Assembly (NCBI GenBank): GCA_025059045.1
Contig: JANXEA010000002.1
Span: 10,798-74,797 of the forward strand
DNA: 64,000 nt
Origin: Candidatus Bathyarchaeota archaeon
GTDB taxonomy: Archaea; Thermoproteota; Bathyarchaeia; Bathyarchaeales; DTEX01
Reading direction: 5' to 3'
A program made the position numbers and the translations under genes. Of this stretch, positions 63,361 to 64,000 are shown piece after piece (the stretch's first letter is position 1; each line of letters opens with the position of its first letter). The notes beneath the pieces were generated by a model. That model had not been told where the DNA came from and ran no database searches. It saw only the letters and a program-made list of their open reading frames with translations.

Positions 63361-64000
63361 ATGAGCAAGGGTAAGTATAGAGGTGTTTCCAATGTTGTTT
63401 CAATAGGCGCGATGATTATATTTTTGATAGTCGGGCTAATCGCTGGATACTATATAGGCGCCAGTACAACGGCCACGCCGCAAGAACTTCTGGAGGATAG
63501 TGCTTGGCGGACATCCAAAATAACTCTCTCAGGGTCAACCACAGTTCTACCAATAGCCAATGCCTGCGCAATAGTGTTCATGAACAAGTATAACGCTACC
63601 ACGATCACTGTGCAAGGCGGAGGAAGTGGAGTCGGCTATAGCAATGTTATAGACGGGGTTGTGGATATAGGAATGGCTTCAAGGGAGCCGAAGAAAACAG
63701 AGATAGACAATGCCAGAAACAAGAGTGTTGACCTCTGGTTGCATCCCATAGCATTAGACGCCGTCTGCGTTGTCGTTCACCCCTCAGTTAGCAGTTCTCT
63801 GAATCTGACATTGCAGGAGGTGGGCAAAATATTCGCGGGCATATACACCTATTGGGACGAAGTTAGACCTGGACTGCCCCACAAAGAAATAGTCGTTGTC
63901 GTCAGGGAACCCGGTTCAGGCACAAGAGGCACTTTTGAGGAATATACAATGCAGCCATGGAAATATAATGTGACGGCAAAGGCAAGTGTGCAGCCAAGCA
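63361..64000 (+). CDS. pstS: Phosphate ABC transporter substrate-binding protein, 3' end outside the window
   Basis: ATG at 63361 preceded by GGTGA. N-terminal anchor, then ITLSGSTTVLPIANA and VQGGGSGVGY motifs. The frame is open to the window edge and is absent from the ORF track because it has no stop. Confidence 0.8.
   Translation, partial: MSKGKYRGVSNVVSIGAMIIFLIVGLIAGYYIGASTTATPQELLEDSAWRTSKITLSGSTTVLPIANACAIVFMNKYNATTITVQGGGSGVGYSNVIDGVVDIGMASREPKKTEIDNARNKSVDLWLHPIALDAVCVVVHPSVSSSLNLTLQEVGKIFAGIYTYWDEVRPGLPHKEIVVVVREPGSGTRGTFEEYTMQPWKYNVTAKASVQPS

Noticed and set aside
1-64000. Transposases, integrases, IS elements or prophage genes.
   Set aside because: No ORF shows DDE, tyrosine- or serine-recombinase or capsid-like signatures by eye. 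The only mobile-element-like trace is the decayed TA locus.

Overview
The window looks like an archaeal chromosome segment, probably Thermoproteota and Thermofilum-like. Support: BRE/TATA promoters, BHB-flanked tRNA introns at non-canonical positions, tRNA-Tyr with C1-G72, a split transketolase, DUF373 and COG1340 genes, and about 45% GC with GC-rich RNA genes. All calls rest on reading the supplied translations and the DNA by eye; no database search was possible.

Layout:
- 1-2.3 kb: housekeeping genes (FAD oxidoreductase, YchF-type GTPase).
- 2.4-34.8 kb: an accessory envelope and glycan locus.
- 34.8-39.2 kb: housekeeping genes (UppS, MTAP, DUF373, coiled-coil protein) plus tRNA-Tyr and tRNA-Ala.
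- 39.6-44.3 kb: small membrane and surface genes and a decayed VIT1 gene.
- 44.4-49.0 kb: a sugar isomerase / FGGY kinase / split-transketolase operon.
- 49.3-52.1 kb: a TauE exporter and an ABC-2 exporter.
- 52.6-53.3 kb: a toxin-antitoxin relic with tRNA-Val and tRNA-Arg.
- 53.4-59.4 kb: a metal, arsenic and thiol-redox cluster (ArsB-like, CopB, Rieske, Trx, TrxR, ArsC).
- 59.6-64.0 kb: a CaCA antiporter, a DUF438/PAS gene broken by an in-frame stop, then PhoU and PstS.

The two strongest observations:
1. A three-gene membrane module occurs twice (2410-11356 and 26100-34784). Each copy has two paralogous polytopic membrane proteins followed by a ~1,530-aa chimera. The chimera fuses a PA/M28-peptidase-like ectodomain (apparently degenerate) to a MacB/FtsX-type permease and a conserved C-terminal cytoplasmic domain. 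No cognate ABC ATPase is nearby. A third FtsX fusion, cytoplasmic glycoside hydrolases, a secreted pectate lyase, and beta-propeller/coiled-coil stalk proteins lie between the two copies.
2. A tRNA-Tyr(GUA) gene (38606-38822, minus strand) is interrupted by four introns, each with a recognisable bulge-helix-bulge motif. Its 3' end overlaps the predicted start of the neighbouring ORF.
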